A stretch of DNA of 64,000 bases from Candidatus Methylomirabilia bacterium. Its GTDB lineage: Bacteria > Methylomirabilota > Methylomirabilia > Rokubacteriales > CSP1-6. Both the position numbers and the translations under genes were made by a program. The stretch spans positions 31,299-95,298 of the forward strand of contig JBGQEL010000005.1 of the NCBI GenBank assembly GCA_041496385.1, given 5' to 3'. Below are positions 9,062 to 17,503 of this stretch, piece after piece (the first letter of the stretch is position 1; each line of letters opens with the position of its first letter). The notes under the pieces are model-generated. The model was not told the DNA's origin, did not search any database, and saw nothing but the letters and a program-made list of their open reading frames with translations.

Positions 9062-9979
9062 TCAGACGGTGACGGGCCGGTAGACGGGAGTGCGCCACTC
9101 CGAGTAGCGCTTGTCCACGCCGCGCACGACGCTCATGTAGGCCGCCAGGAGGCGCCGCGTGGTCGTCCCGACGGCCCCGTCGCCGAGCGCGAAGCGGTCG
9201 ATCGAGACGATGGGCGTGATCTCGTAGCCGCTGCCGCAGAAGAAGGCTTCGTCGGCGACATAGAGCTCGGTGCGGTCGATCTCGCGCTCGACGACGTCGA
9301 CACCCAGCTCGGGGCAGATCTCCTCGATCAGCGTGGAGCGCGTGATCGACTCGAGGATGTCGCTCGAGATCGGCGGCGTGACGAGCTTGCCCTTGCGGAC
9401 CATGAAGATCGTCGCGCCGGTGCCCTCGGCCACGTGCCCGTGCCCGTTGAGGAGGATGGGCGCGTCGTAGCCGTCGGCCTTGGCCTGGAGGAGCGCCAGC
9501 CGGCCGTTCTGGTAGTTCGCGCCGGACTTGAGCCGGATTGGGATCGCGTTGTCCGAGGTGCGGACCCACGAGCTCACGCAGCAGCGCAGGCCGGCGTCGG
9601 AGATCCGGCCGCGGCGCCTCGGATTGATGTAGAGCCCCGTGGGGGACGTGGCGTCCATGCCGACGCCGACGACGTAGGCGACCAGGTGCATGTGGACGTC
9701 CTCGCGGATCTCGTTGCCCTTGAGGACCTCGCGGACCGCCTCGTACAGGTCCATGTCGCTGTAGGGCACCGTGAACCGCATCATCTTCATCGATTCGCGC
9801 AGCCGGACGAAGTGCTCCTGGAGGCGGAAGCAGAAGAGCTCGCCCTCGGCCTCGTTCCAGTAGGCGCGGAGCCCCTCGAACACGTTGGTGCCGTAGAACA
9901 CCGCGGCACTGTTCACCGGGAGCACCGCCTGGGCCTGCTCGAGCATCCGGCCGTTCATCCAGATCTTCAGGTCTTTCAT
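9062..9979 (-). CDS. ilvE: Branched-chain amino acid aminotransferase (PLP class IV)
   Basis: YGTNVFEGLRAY, catalytic K in LKSGANY, EGTGATIF, ILESITR. Confidence 0.88.
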   Translation of the reverse strand: MKDLKIWMNGRMLEQAQAVLPVNSAAVFYGTNVFEGLRAYWNEAEGELFCFRLQEHFVRLRESMKMMRFTVPYSDMDLYEAVREVLKGNEIREDVHMHLVAYVVGVGMDATSPTGLYINPRRRGRISDAGLRCCVSSWVRTSDNAIPIRLKSGANYQNGRLALLQAKADGYDAPILLNGHGHVAEGTGATIFMVRKGKLVTPPISSDILESITRSTLIEEICPELGVDVVEREIDRTELYVADEAFFCGSGYEITPIVSIDRFALGDGAVGTTTRRLLAAYMSVVRGVDKRYSEWRTPVYRPVTV

Positions 9980-10004
9980 GAGGTCACGCTCCTTGTCTCT
10001 GGCG

Positions 10005-10084
10005 ACCCTAGCGCCTCAGGCGCGTGTCCGTCAAGCGCGCGGACCCCGCCGGTCCTTGACCGCCCCCGCGCGTTCCCCTAAGCT
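10005..10084. promoter_or_regulatory. Divergent sigma70-type promoters for ilvE (TTGACG-N18-TAGGGT, minus) and the SDR operon (TTGACC-N17-TAAGCT, plus)
   Basis: Hexamers read directly at 10005-10034 and 10056-10084. Confidence 0.55.
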
Positions 10085-10113
10085 CGGCGACATCCTTCGA
10101 CAGGAGCCTGTCC

Positions 10114-10197
10114 ATGCTGACCCGTCGCGACGTGCTGAAGCTCGGGGGACCAGGTCATGGGCGCCTGGCCAGACAAGTAAAGGACGTGACGACATGA
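10114..10197 (+). other. 27-aa micro-ORF MLTRRDVLKLGG... with a Tat motif, overlapping the SDR start (ATGA); probable gene remnant
   Basis: AGGAG SD, twin-arginine TRRDVLK, no hydrophobic h-region. Confidence 0.5.
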
Positions 10198-11018
10198 AGC
10201 TCAAGGACCGCGTGGCGCTGGTGACGGGCGGCGGCTCGGGAATCGGGCGGGCGATCGCGCTCTGCTTCGCCGAGGAGGGCGCGCGCGTCGTCGTCAACGA
10301 CGTCCACCTCGAGGCGGCCGAGGCGACCGTGAAGCAGATGGCCGAGCCCGCGCGCGGGCGCGCCATCCAGGCGGACGTCTCGGACAGCGCCGCCGTGAAG
10401 GCGATGTTCGCGACCGTCGAGCGCGAGCTCGGCTCGCTCGACATCCTCGTCAACAACGCGGGCGTCGCCAGCACCGGCGGCGACCGCGCGGCGGTGCAGC
10501 AGAAGGCCGAGACGCGCATCATGGAGATGCTCGGTGGCGAGGGCATCACCACGCACCTCGACATCACGCAGAACATGACCGACGCCGCGTGGGAGCGGAT
10601 GCTCGCGATCCACGTGCATGGGACGTTCTACTGCACGCGCGAGGCGCTCCGTCTCATGAGCCTGAAGAACCGCGGGGCCATCGTCAACATGTCGAGCATC
10701 GCGGCGCTCATGGGACTCGAGGGGGCGCCCCACTACAGCGCCGCGAAGGGCGCGATCCTGTCGTTCACGCGGGCGGTGGCGCGCGAGGTCGCTTCGCGCG
10801 GGATCCGCGTCAACGCGATCTGCCCCGGCTACATCGACACGCCGATGACCGAGCCGATCACGCCGCTCCTCCGGAAGGCGACGCTCTCCCGGACGCCGCT
10901 CGGGCGCCACGGCGAGCCCGCCGAGGTCGCCGCGACCGCGCTCTTCCTCGTCTCCGACGACAGCTCGTTCTTCACCGGCCAGTGGCTCTCGCCGAACGGC
11001 GGCCTCTTCACCGGCTGA
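10194..11018 (+). CDS. Classical SDR oxidoreductase (FabG-like)
   Basis: TGGGSGIG, NNAG, YSAAK, NAICPG. Confidence 0.92.
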   Translation: MKLKDRVALVTGGGSGIGRAIALCFAEEGARVVVNDVHLEAAEATVKQMAEPARGRAIQADVSDSAAVKAMFATVERELGSLDILVNNAGVASTGGDRAAVQQKAETRIMEMLGGEGITTHLDITQNMTDAAWERMLAIHVHGTFYCTREALRLMSLKNRGAIVNMSSIAALMGLEGAPHYSAAKGAILSFTRAVAREVASRGIRVNAICPGYIDTPMTEPITPLLRKATLSRTPLGRHGEPAEVAATALFLVSDDSSFFTGQWLSPNGGLFTG

Positions 11019-11806
11019 TGCCCGAGCGCCGCGAATTCGACGTCCGCGGGACGCCGGTCCAGATCCTCGAGGACGGCGCCGGCCCGCCGCTCCTGTTCCT
11101 GCACGGCGCCGGGGGCGCCGGCCACTGGCTTCCGTTCCAGGAGGCGCTCGCCAAGGAGCTCCACGTCCGGATGCCGAGCCATCCGGGCCACGGCGGCTCG
11201 CCGGCGGCCGAGTGGATCGAGCACGTCTCGGACCTGGCGTTCCACTATCTCGATCTCCTCGACGCGCTCGGTCTCGAGCGTGTCCACCTCGCCGGCGCCT
11301 CGTTCGGCGGCTGGATCGCCGCCGAGATGGCGACCATGGCCTCGCACCGGCTCGCGTCGCTCGCGCTGATCGATCCCGTGGGCATCAAGGTGGACGGCTG
11401 GATCTACCCGTTCCTCTTCGGGATGGACGTCCCCGAGATCGTCCAGACCGTCTTCCACAACCCGATGGCGGCTCTCGCGCTGGCCCCGCCCGATCAGTCC
11501 GTCGAGACGCTCGCGCTCCAGTACCGGCAGGGCACGGCGCTGGCGCGCGTCGCCTGGAACCCTTACCTCTACGATCCGCTCCTGCGCCGGCGGCTCGCGC
11601 GCATCACGGCGCCGACGCTGATCTGCTGGGGCGCCCACGATCGCCTGGCACCGCTGGCGCCGTGCGGCGAGACGTGGGCGAGGGAGATTCCGGGGGCGCG
11701 ACTCCAGATATTCGCCGACTCGGGGCACGTGCCGCACCTCGAAGAGCCGGAGGCGGTCGCGCGCGCCGTGCTCGAGTTCTGCCGCGGCAAGGAGCACGCC
11801 CGGTGA
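11018..11806 (+). CDS. Alpha/beta fold hydrolase
   Basis: LFLHGAGG, GASFGG nucleophile elbow, GHVPHLE; TGATG coupling to the SDR. Confidence 0.9.
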   Translation: MPERREFDVRGTPVQILEDGAGPPLLFLHGAGGAGHWLPFQEALAKELHVRMPSHPGHGGSPAAEWIEHVSDLAFHYLDLLDALGLERVHLAGASFGGWIAAEMATMASHRLASLALIDPVGIKVDGWIYPFLFGMDVPEIVQTVFHNPMAALALAPPDQSVETLALQYRQGTALARVAWNPYLYDPLLRRRLARITAPTLICWGAHDRLAPLAPCGETWAREIPGARLQIFADSGHVPHLEEPEAVARAVLEFCRGKEHAR

Positions 11807-12948
11807 AGTTCTACTACTTCCATCTGATGCCGTACGTCATGGACCACGACGAGCCTTCGTCCTGGGTGACGCTCTCCAACCGCCTCTACGACCCGAAGCA
11901 GGGCCAGATCCTCTACAACCAGTACCTCGACCAGCTCGAGTACGCCGAGCAGCTCGGCTGGGACGGTCTCTGCGTCAACGAGCACCACCAGAACTGCTAC
12001 GGCACCATGCCGAGCCCCAACGTGATGGCGGCGATGCTCGTGCGCCGCACCTCGCGCGCCAAGATCGCGATCCTCGGCAACGGGCTGCCGCTGCGCGAGA
12101 ACCCGCTCCGGATCGCCGAGGAGGTCGCGATGCTCGACGTCGCCTCCGGCGGGCGCGTGATCTCGGGCTTCGTGCGCGGCATCAGCGCGGAGTACTTCTC
12201 CACCGGCGTCAACCCGACGCACTCGCGCGATCGCTTCTACGAGGCGGCTGAGCTGATCCTGAGGGCCTGGACCGAGGAGGGGCCGTTCGCGTTCGACGGC
12301 AAGTTCTACCGCTACCACTACGTGAACCCGTGGCCGCGCCCGTTCCAGAAGCCCCACCCGCCCGTCTGGTGCCCGTCCCAGGGCTCGAGCGAGACGGTCG
12401 AGTGGGCGGCGAAGCGCCGCTTCCCCTACCTGATGGTGTTCACGCCGGTCAAGCGCATCGCGCAGATCTACGGCGAGTACCGCGAGGCGTGCCAGCGCAA
12501 CGGCTACACCGCGAGCCCCTACCAGCTCACGGTCAACGTGCCGATCGTCGTCGCCACGACCGACGCGAAGGCGCGCGCGATCGCGATGAAGCACGTCATG
12601 TGGGTCTTCAACGTGGGGCTCCGCATGCACCCGCCCTTCTGGCGCCCGCCGGGCTACATGACGGAAGCGTCGCTCCGACGCCTCCTCCAGAATCCGCCGA
12701 AGCTCCCGAGCGAGCTGACCTTCGAGGAGGCCGACCGGGAGGGCTACATCGTCTACGGCAGCCCGGCGACCGTCCGCGACAAGCTGCGCGTCTTCTCGGA
12801 CGAGCTCCGCGCGGGCATCGTCTGCTCGGGGATGAACGGCGGCAGCCACGAGGCGACGCTCGAGATGATGGAGCTCTTCGCGAAGGAGGTCATGCCGCAC
12901 TTCCGCGAGGACGCCGGCGTGGACGAGACGGCGGGCGTCGGGCGGTAG
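11803..12948 (+). CDS. Luciferase-like (LLM) flavin-dependent monooxygenase
   Basis: NEHHQ, NPLRIAEEVAMLDVASGGR, PRPFQKPHPPVW, LFAKEVMPHF; GTGA overlap. Confidence 0.9.
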   Translation: MKFYYFHLMPYVMDHDEPSSWVTLSNRLYDPKQGQILYNQYLDQLEYAEQLGWDGLCVNEHHQNCYGTMPSPNVMAAMLVRRTSRAKIAILGNGLPLRENPLRIAEEVAMLDVASGGRVISGFVRGISAEYFSTGVNPTHSRDRFYEAAELILRAWTEEGPFAFDGKFYRYHYVNPWPRPFQKPHPPVWCPSQGSSETVEWAAKRRFPYLMVFTPVKRIAQIYGEYREACQRNGYTASPYQLTVNVPIVVATTDAKARAIAMKHVMWVFNVGLRMHPPFWRPPGYMTEASLRRLLQNPPKLPSELTFEEADREGYIVYGSPATVRDKLRVFSDELRAGIVCSGMNGGSHEATLEMMELFAKEVMPHFREDAGVDETAGVGR

Positions 12949-12949
12949 C

Positions 12950-13834
12950 CTACCGGTTCGGCTCCTTCTCGGTCACCGGTTGGAGCAGCGTCGCGTAGTG
13001 CTGGGGCTGGCGCCGGCCGAGGAAGTTCCAGCGCTTCCGCACCGGGACCGCCCGATCGAGATCGAGCCGCGCGACGACCAGCTCGTCCCCCGTGGTCGCC
13101 GCCTTCGCGAGCACCTGGCCGAGCGGGTCGATCAGGCAGCTCCCGCCGATCAGCTCCAGGCCGTCCTCGATCCCCGCCTTGGCCACGCCGACGACGAAGC
13201 AGAGGTTCGCGTAGGCGCCCGCGCGCATGCAGAGCTCGTTCAGGTCGAGCGCCAGCGCCGAGATCGGCGTGTTGTAGCCGATCAGGATGATCTCGGCGCC
13301 CTGGAGCGCGAGGCTCCGGTAGCTCTCCGGATAGCGGCGATCCTGGCAGATCGCGATACCGACCCGCGCGCCGGCGGCGTCGAAGACCTTGTAACCCGTG
13401 TCACCGTGGGCGAAGTAGTAGGGCTCGTACACCTGCGCGAAGCCGTCGGGCGCCTTCGTGCCCGGCAGGTGGATCTTCCTGAACGTCCCGCAGAGCCGGC
13501 CGTCACGATCGGTCAGGAGCGCGCTGTTGAAGTACGCGCCGCCCGCCTTCTCGCAGAAGCCGGCGTGCACCGCGACGCGGGCCCGGGCCGCCCGCCGCAG
13601 CAGCGGCTCGAGCGCCTTCGGCGGCACCTCGGTCTCGAAGAACTGGTCGAAGTCCGGACGGATCTTCTTCGGGAAGTAGGTCGTGAGCGCCATCTCGGGA
13701 TAGACGACCAGCTCGACGCCGTCGGCGATCGCGGCCTCGAGCAGCGTCACCATCCGCTCGACGATCGCCTCGCGGGGCGTGCCCTCGTTGTTGGGACCCA
13801 TCTGCGCTGCGGCGACCTTGATCGAGCGCGCCAT
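12950..13834 (-). CDS. N-carbamoyl-D-amino acid amidohydrolase-like (nitrilase superfamily)
   Basis: Catalytic triad E (YPEMALT), K (RKIHLPG), C (ICQDRRYPE); GYNTP. Confidence 0.88.
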   Translation of the reverse strand: MARSIKVAAAQMGPNNEGTPREAIVERMVTLLEAAIADGVELVVYPEMALTTYFPKKIRPDFDQFFETEVPPKALEPLLRRAARARVAVHAGFCEKAGGAYFNSALLTDRDGRLCGTFRKIHLPGTKAPDGFAQVYEPYYFAHGDTGYKVFDAAGARVGIAICQDRRYPESYRSLALQGAEIILIGYNTPISALALDLNELCMRAGAYANLCFVVGVAKAGIEDGLELIGGSCLIDPLGQVLAKAATTGDELVVARLDLDRAVPVRKRWNFLGRRQPQHYATLLQPVTEKEPNR

Positions 13835-13981
13835 CGTGCGTCTCCTTTCGCGGCGGGGCGTCGCGGCGCCCGTGACTCACGCTGATACCGCATCCACCGC
13901 GCGTGGGCAAGCCTCGCCCGGGACGTAGGCCGGCCGCCGCGCGCCCTTGACAGCGCGGCGGGGCGGTGTGAAGGTGGGGCC

Positions 13982-14437
13982 ATGCGGCGGATTGCGGCGG
14001 GGTTGCTCGTCCTGCTTCTCGTCATCGCGCTGGCGGCGCCGGCCGCGCACGCCGGTGGTGGCGCCGCCGTCGGGATCGCGCTCGGGCTCGCCTCGTTCGC
14101 CGTGTTCAATCAGCTCCTCGGCGGGCTCGCGTACGCCTACGCACCGCCCGTCTACCCGGCACCCGTCTACTACCAGGCACCGGTGTACGCCGCACCCGTC
14201 TACGCGACGCCGGCGTACTCGTACGCCGTGTACGCGCGGCAGCCCGTCAGCTACGCGCCGGCCTACGCGCCCCCGCCGCGGACGTATCCCACGGTGATCG
14301 AGTACCCGCACGGGCGCCAGGAGCTCCGCGGCGACGGCGTCACTGTCGCGTACCACTGGGTGTGGATTCCGAACCCACCCGCGCCGCCGCCTGCGCCGGT
14401 GGCTCCGCCCGCTCCCCCGTCCTCGCCGTCTCGATAG
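13982..14437 (+). CDS. Secreted Pro/Tyr-rich hypothetical protein
   Basis: Signal peptide (AHA), repeated APVY units, YPHGRQELRGDG...WVWIPNPP tail; TTGACA at 13947. Confidence 0.7.
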   Translation: MRRIAAGLLVLLLVIALAAPAAHAGGGAAVGIALGLASFAVFNQLLGGLAYAYAPPVYPAPVYYQAPVYAAPVYATPAYSYAVYARQPVSYAPAYAPPPRTYPTVIEYPHGRQELRGDGVTVAYHWVWIPNPPAPPPAPVAPPAPPSSPSR

Positions 14438-14477
14438 CCGGCGACCGGCCGCGCACGGTCGCGGTGGAGAGCCGCTG

Positions 14478-15920
14478 ATGACCGCATCGCGACGCACCGC
14501 CCTCCGGGCCGGCTGGATCATCGCCTTCGACGGGCGCGGCCACCGCCTCCTCCGCGACGGCGTCGTCGTGCTCGAGGGCGACAGGATCCTCCACGTGGGC
14601 ACGCACTTCGAGGGCTCGGTGGACGAGACCGTGGACGCGCGCGACCGGGTGCTGACGCCGGGGCTCATCTCGACGCACGCCCACCTCGCCGGCTCGCCGC
14701 TCGACCGCTCCTTCATCGAGGACCGCGGCAGCCCGCAGTTCTGGTACTCGGGGCTCTTCGAGATGCTCCCGGTCCGGAGCGGCGCGCAAGACGAAGAGGC
14801 GTCGCGCGCGTGCGTGGACTTCTCGATGGCCGAGCTGCTTCGCGGTGGCGTGACCACGGTGATGGAGATCGGCGGGCTCGGCGAGTACGTCGTCGAGCGC
14901 GCCGCCCACTACGGGCTCCGCGTCTACATGGGGCTCTCGTTCCGCTCCGGCGTCTGGCGCACGCCCGACGGGCGGCGCGTCCTGTGGGAGTGGAACGAGG
15001 AGCAGGGACGGCAGGGCCTCCGGCGGGCCGTCGAGCTGCACGCGAAGTACGACGGCGCCCACGGCGACCTGGTCCGATGCTTCTTCGCGCCCGCGCAGAT
15101 CGACACCTGCACGCCGGAGCTCTTGCGGGACGCCAAGCGCCTCGCCGACGAGGCCGCACGGCCCTACCAGGTGCACACCTCGCAATCCGTCGTCGAGTTC
15201 AACGAGATGCTCGCGCGGCACGCCAAGACCCCGATCGCCTGGATGCAGGAGCTCGGACTCCTCGGCCCCCGCACGATCCTCGGCCACGCGATCATCATCG
15301 GCGGCTCGTCGTGGACCAACTACCCGGCGGGCGATCTCGGGCTCCTCGGCGAGGCCGGCTGCTCGGTGGCGCACGCGGTCTGGGTGTTCGCGCGGCGCGG
15401 CGTCGCAATGGAGTCGTTCGCCCGCTATCGCCGGGCCGGCGTGAACATGTCGCTCGGGACGGACACGAATCCGCAGAGCGTGATCGAGGCCATGCGCTGG
15501 GCAGCGGTGATGTCGAAGACGATGGAGCGGAACACGGAGGCGACGACGGCCGCCGACGTGTTCGACGCGGCGACGCTCGGCGGGGCCCGGGCGCTCGGGC
15601 GCGACGACCTCGGCCGCATCGCGCCGGGCGCGCGGGCCGATCTCGTCCTCTGGAAGGCGGCGTCGTGGCGCATGACGCCGCTCCGCGATCCCGTCAAGAA
15701 CATCGTCTACAACGCGACCGACGAGGACGTGGACCGCGTCTACGTGAACGGCCGCCTCGTCGTGGAGGGCGGACGCGTGCTCGCGGCGGACGAGCGCGCG
15801 ATCCTCGGCGCGCTGCAGGCGGGCGGCGACCGCATGTGGCCGCGCATGGCGACGTTCGACTGGGCGGGGCGCGGCGCCGATGAGCTCTCGCCGCAGACCT
15901 ATCCCGCGTGGGGGTCGTGA
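14478..15920 (+). CDS. Metal-dependent amidohydrolase (Atz/Trz/SsnA-like)
   Basis: PGLISTHAH, VHTSQS, LGTD, ATLGGARALG, GRIAPGARADLV. Confidence 0.88.
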   Translation: MTASRRTALRAGWIIAFDGRGHRLLRDGVVVLEGDRILHVGTHFEGSVDETVDARDRVLTPGLISTHAHLAGSPLDRSFIEDRGSPQFWYSGLFEMLPVRSGAQDEEASRACVDFSMAELLRGGVTTVMEIGGLGEYVVERAAHYGLRVYMGLSFRSGVWRTPDGRRVLWEWNEEQGRQGLRRAVELHAKYDGAHGDLVRCFFAPAQIDTCTPELLRDAKRLADEAARPYQVHTSQSVVEFNEMLARHAKTPIAWMQELGLLGPRTILGHAIIIGGSSWTNYPAGDLGLLGEAGCSVAHAVWVFARRGVAMESFARYRRAGVNMSLGTDTNPQSVIEAMRWAAVMSKTMERNTEATTAADVFDAATLGGARALGRDDLGRIAPGARADLVLWKAASWRMTPLRDPVKNIVYNATDEDVDRVYVNGRLVVEGGRVLAADERAILGALQAGGDRMWPRMATFDWAGRGADELSPQTYPAWGS

Positions 15921-15974
15921 GCCGGGCGGCGCGCGGCGCTTGACCTCGCCCGCACTTCGCCCTAGGGTCTCGCC

Positions 15975-17495
15975 ATGCGACGCCTGATCCTCGTCACCAC
16001 GCTCCTGATCATGTCGTGGCCCCGCGCGGTCCTCGCGGCCCCCGAGGGCGAGATGCGCTGGGGGCTCCACGTGACGCTCGCGGCGCGCTGGCTCGACCCG
16101 GCCGAGACGGAAGCCTTCAACACCCCGTTCATGGTCATGTACGCCGTGCACGACGCGCTGGTGAAGCCCCTGCCGGCGGGGCTCATGACGCCGAGCCTGG
16201 CGGAGTCGTGGAGCCTCTCGAAGGACCAGCTCGTGTACACGTTCACGCTCCGGAAGAACGCGCGGTTCCACAACGGCGACCCCGTGACGCCCCAGGACGT
16301 GAGGTTCTCGTTCGAGCGCTACAAGGGCGCCAGCGCCAGGCTCCTCCACGACAAGGTCAGGGAGATCCAGACGGTCGGGGCGAACCAGGTGCGGTTCGTC
16401 CTGAAGGAGCCGTGGCCCGACTTCATGACGTTCTACGGCACGACGGCGTCCGGCGCCGGCTGGATCGTGCCGAAGAAGTACGTCGAGAAGGTCGGCGACG
16501 ACGGCTTCAAGCAGGCGCCGGTCGGCGCCGGCCCGTACCGCGTCGTCCTTTTCAAGCCGGGCGTCGAGCTGGTGCTCGAGGCCTTCGACGGGTACTGGCG
16601 CAAGCCGCCGAGCATCAAGCGCATCGTGATGCGCTCGCTGCCCGAGGAGACGACGCGCGCGGCGGCGCTGAAGAACGGCGAGGTCGACCTCGCCTACCTG
16701 CTCGCGGGCCCGATCGCGGAGGAGATCCGCCGGACGCCGGGCTTCTCGCTCAAGGCGCCCCTGCTGTCCGGCGCGTTCTGGCTCGAGCTGCCGGACCAGT
16801 GGGACCCGAAGTCGCCCTGGGCCGACCGCCGCGTGCGGCTCGCGGCCAGCCACGCCATCGACCGCCAGGCCGTCAACCAGGCCGAGACGCTCGGCTACTC
16901 GCGGCTCACCGGCTCGCTCGTGCCGCGGATCTTCCAGTTCTCGGTGCCCTTCGAGCCGCCGGCCTACGACCCGCCGCGGGCCCGGAAGCTCCTCGCCGAG
17001 GCGGGGTACCCGAACGGCTTCGACGCCGGCGACTTCCACCCCTTCCCGCCCTACGTCTCGATGGGCGAGGCGATCGCGACCCAGCTCCAGGCCGTCGGCA
17101 TCCGGAGCCGCATCCGGAACATGGAGCGCGCCGCGTACTTCTCGGCCTGGCGCGAGAAGAAGCTCCACGGGATCATCCTCGTCATCACCGCCACGATGGG
17201 CAACGCGGCCACGCGGCTCGAGCCCTACGCGACGAAGGACGGGATCTACGCCTACGGCTACCTGCCGCAGGTGGAGGACCTCTATGTCCGTCAGGGGCGC
17301 GAGTCCGACCCGAAGAAGCGCGAGGCGCAGCTCCACCAGATCCAGACGATCCTCCACGAGCACGTCATGCACGTGCCGATCTACGAGCTGGCCTTCATCT
17401 GGGGCGTCGGGCCGCGCGTCGAGGAGAGCGGCGCGGGCCTGATCCCGGGCTTCGCGTACTCGGCGCCCTTCGAGGACCTCAGGCTGAGGAAGTAG
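15975..17495 (+). CDS. ABC transporter solute-binding protein, family 5
   Basis: Signal peptide; PSLAESW...YTFTLRKNARFHNGDPVT; GAGPY; TTGACC-N17-TAGGGT ends 6 nt before the ATG. Confidence 0.9.
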   Translation: MRRLILVTTLLIMSWPRAVLAAPEGEMRWGLHVTLAARWLDPAETEAFNTPFMVMYAVHDALVKPLPAGLMTPSLAESWSLSKDQLVYTFTLRKNARFHNGDPVTPQDVRFSFERYKGASARLLHDKVREIQTVGANQVRFVLKEPWPDFMTFYGTTASGAGWIVPKKYVEKVGDDGFKQAPVGAGPYRVVLFKPGVELVLEAFDGYWRKPPSIKRIVMRSLPEETTRAAALKNGEVDLAYLLAGPIAEEIRRTPGFSLKAPLLSGAFWLELPDQWDPKSPWADRRVRLAASHAIDRQAVNQAETLGYSRLTGSLVPRIFQFSVPFEPPAYDPPRARKLLAEAGYPNGFDAGDFHPFPPYVSMGEAIATQLQAVGIRSRIRNMERAAYFSAWREKKLHGIILVITATMGNAATRLEPYATKDGIYAYGYLPQVEDLYVRQGRESDPKKREAQLHQIQTILHEHVMHVPIYELAFIWGVGPRVEESGAGLIPGFAYSAPFEDLRLRK

Positions 17496-17503
17496 CGCGT
17501 CCC

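Noticed and set aside
14130..14290. Short repeated units as a CRISPR array or RiPP core
   Set aside because: Degenerate in-frame APVY repeats in a Pro-rich protein; no spacers, cas or modifying genes
14340..17372. Very long antisense or alternate-frame ORFs (also 51005-55345, 36391-38541, 49261-51441)
   Set aside because: Shadow ORFs of well-supported genes, expected at high GC; no recognisable motifs
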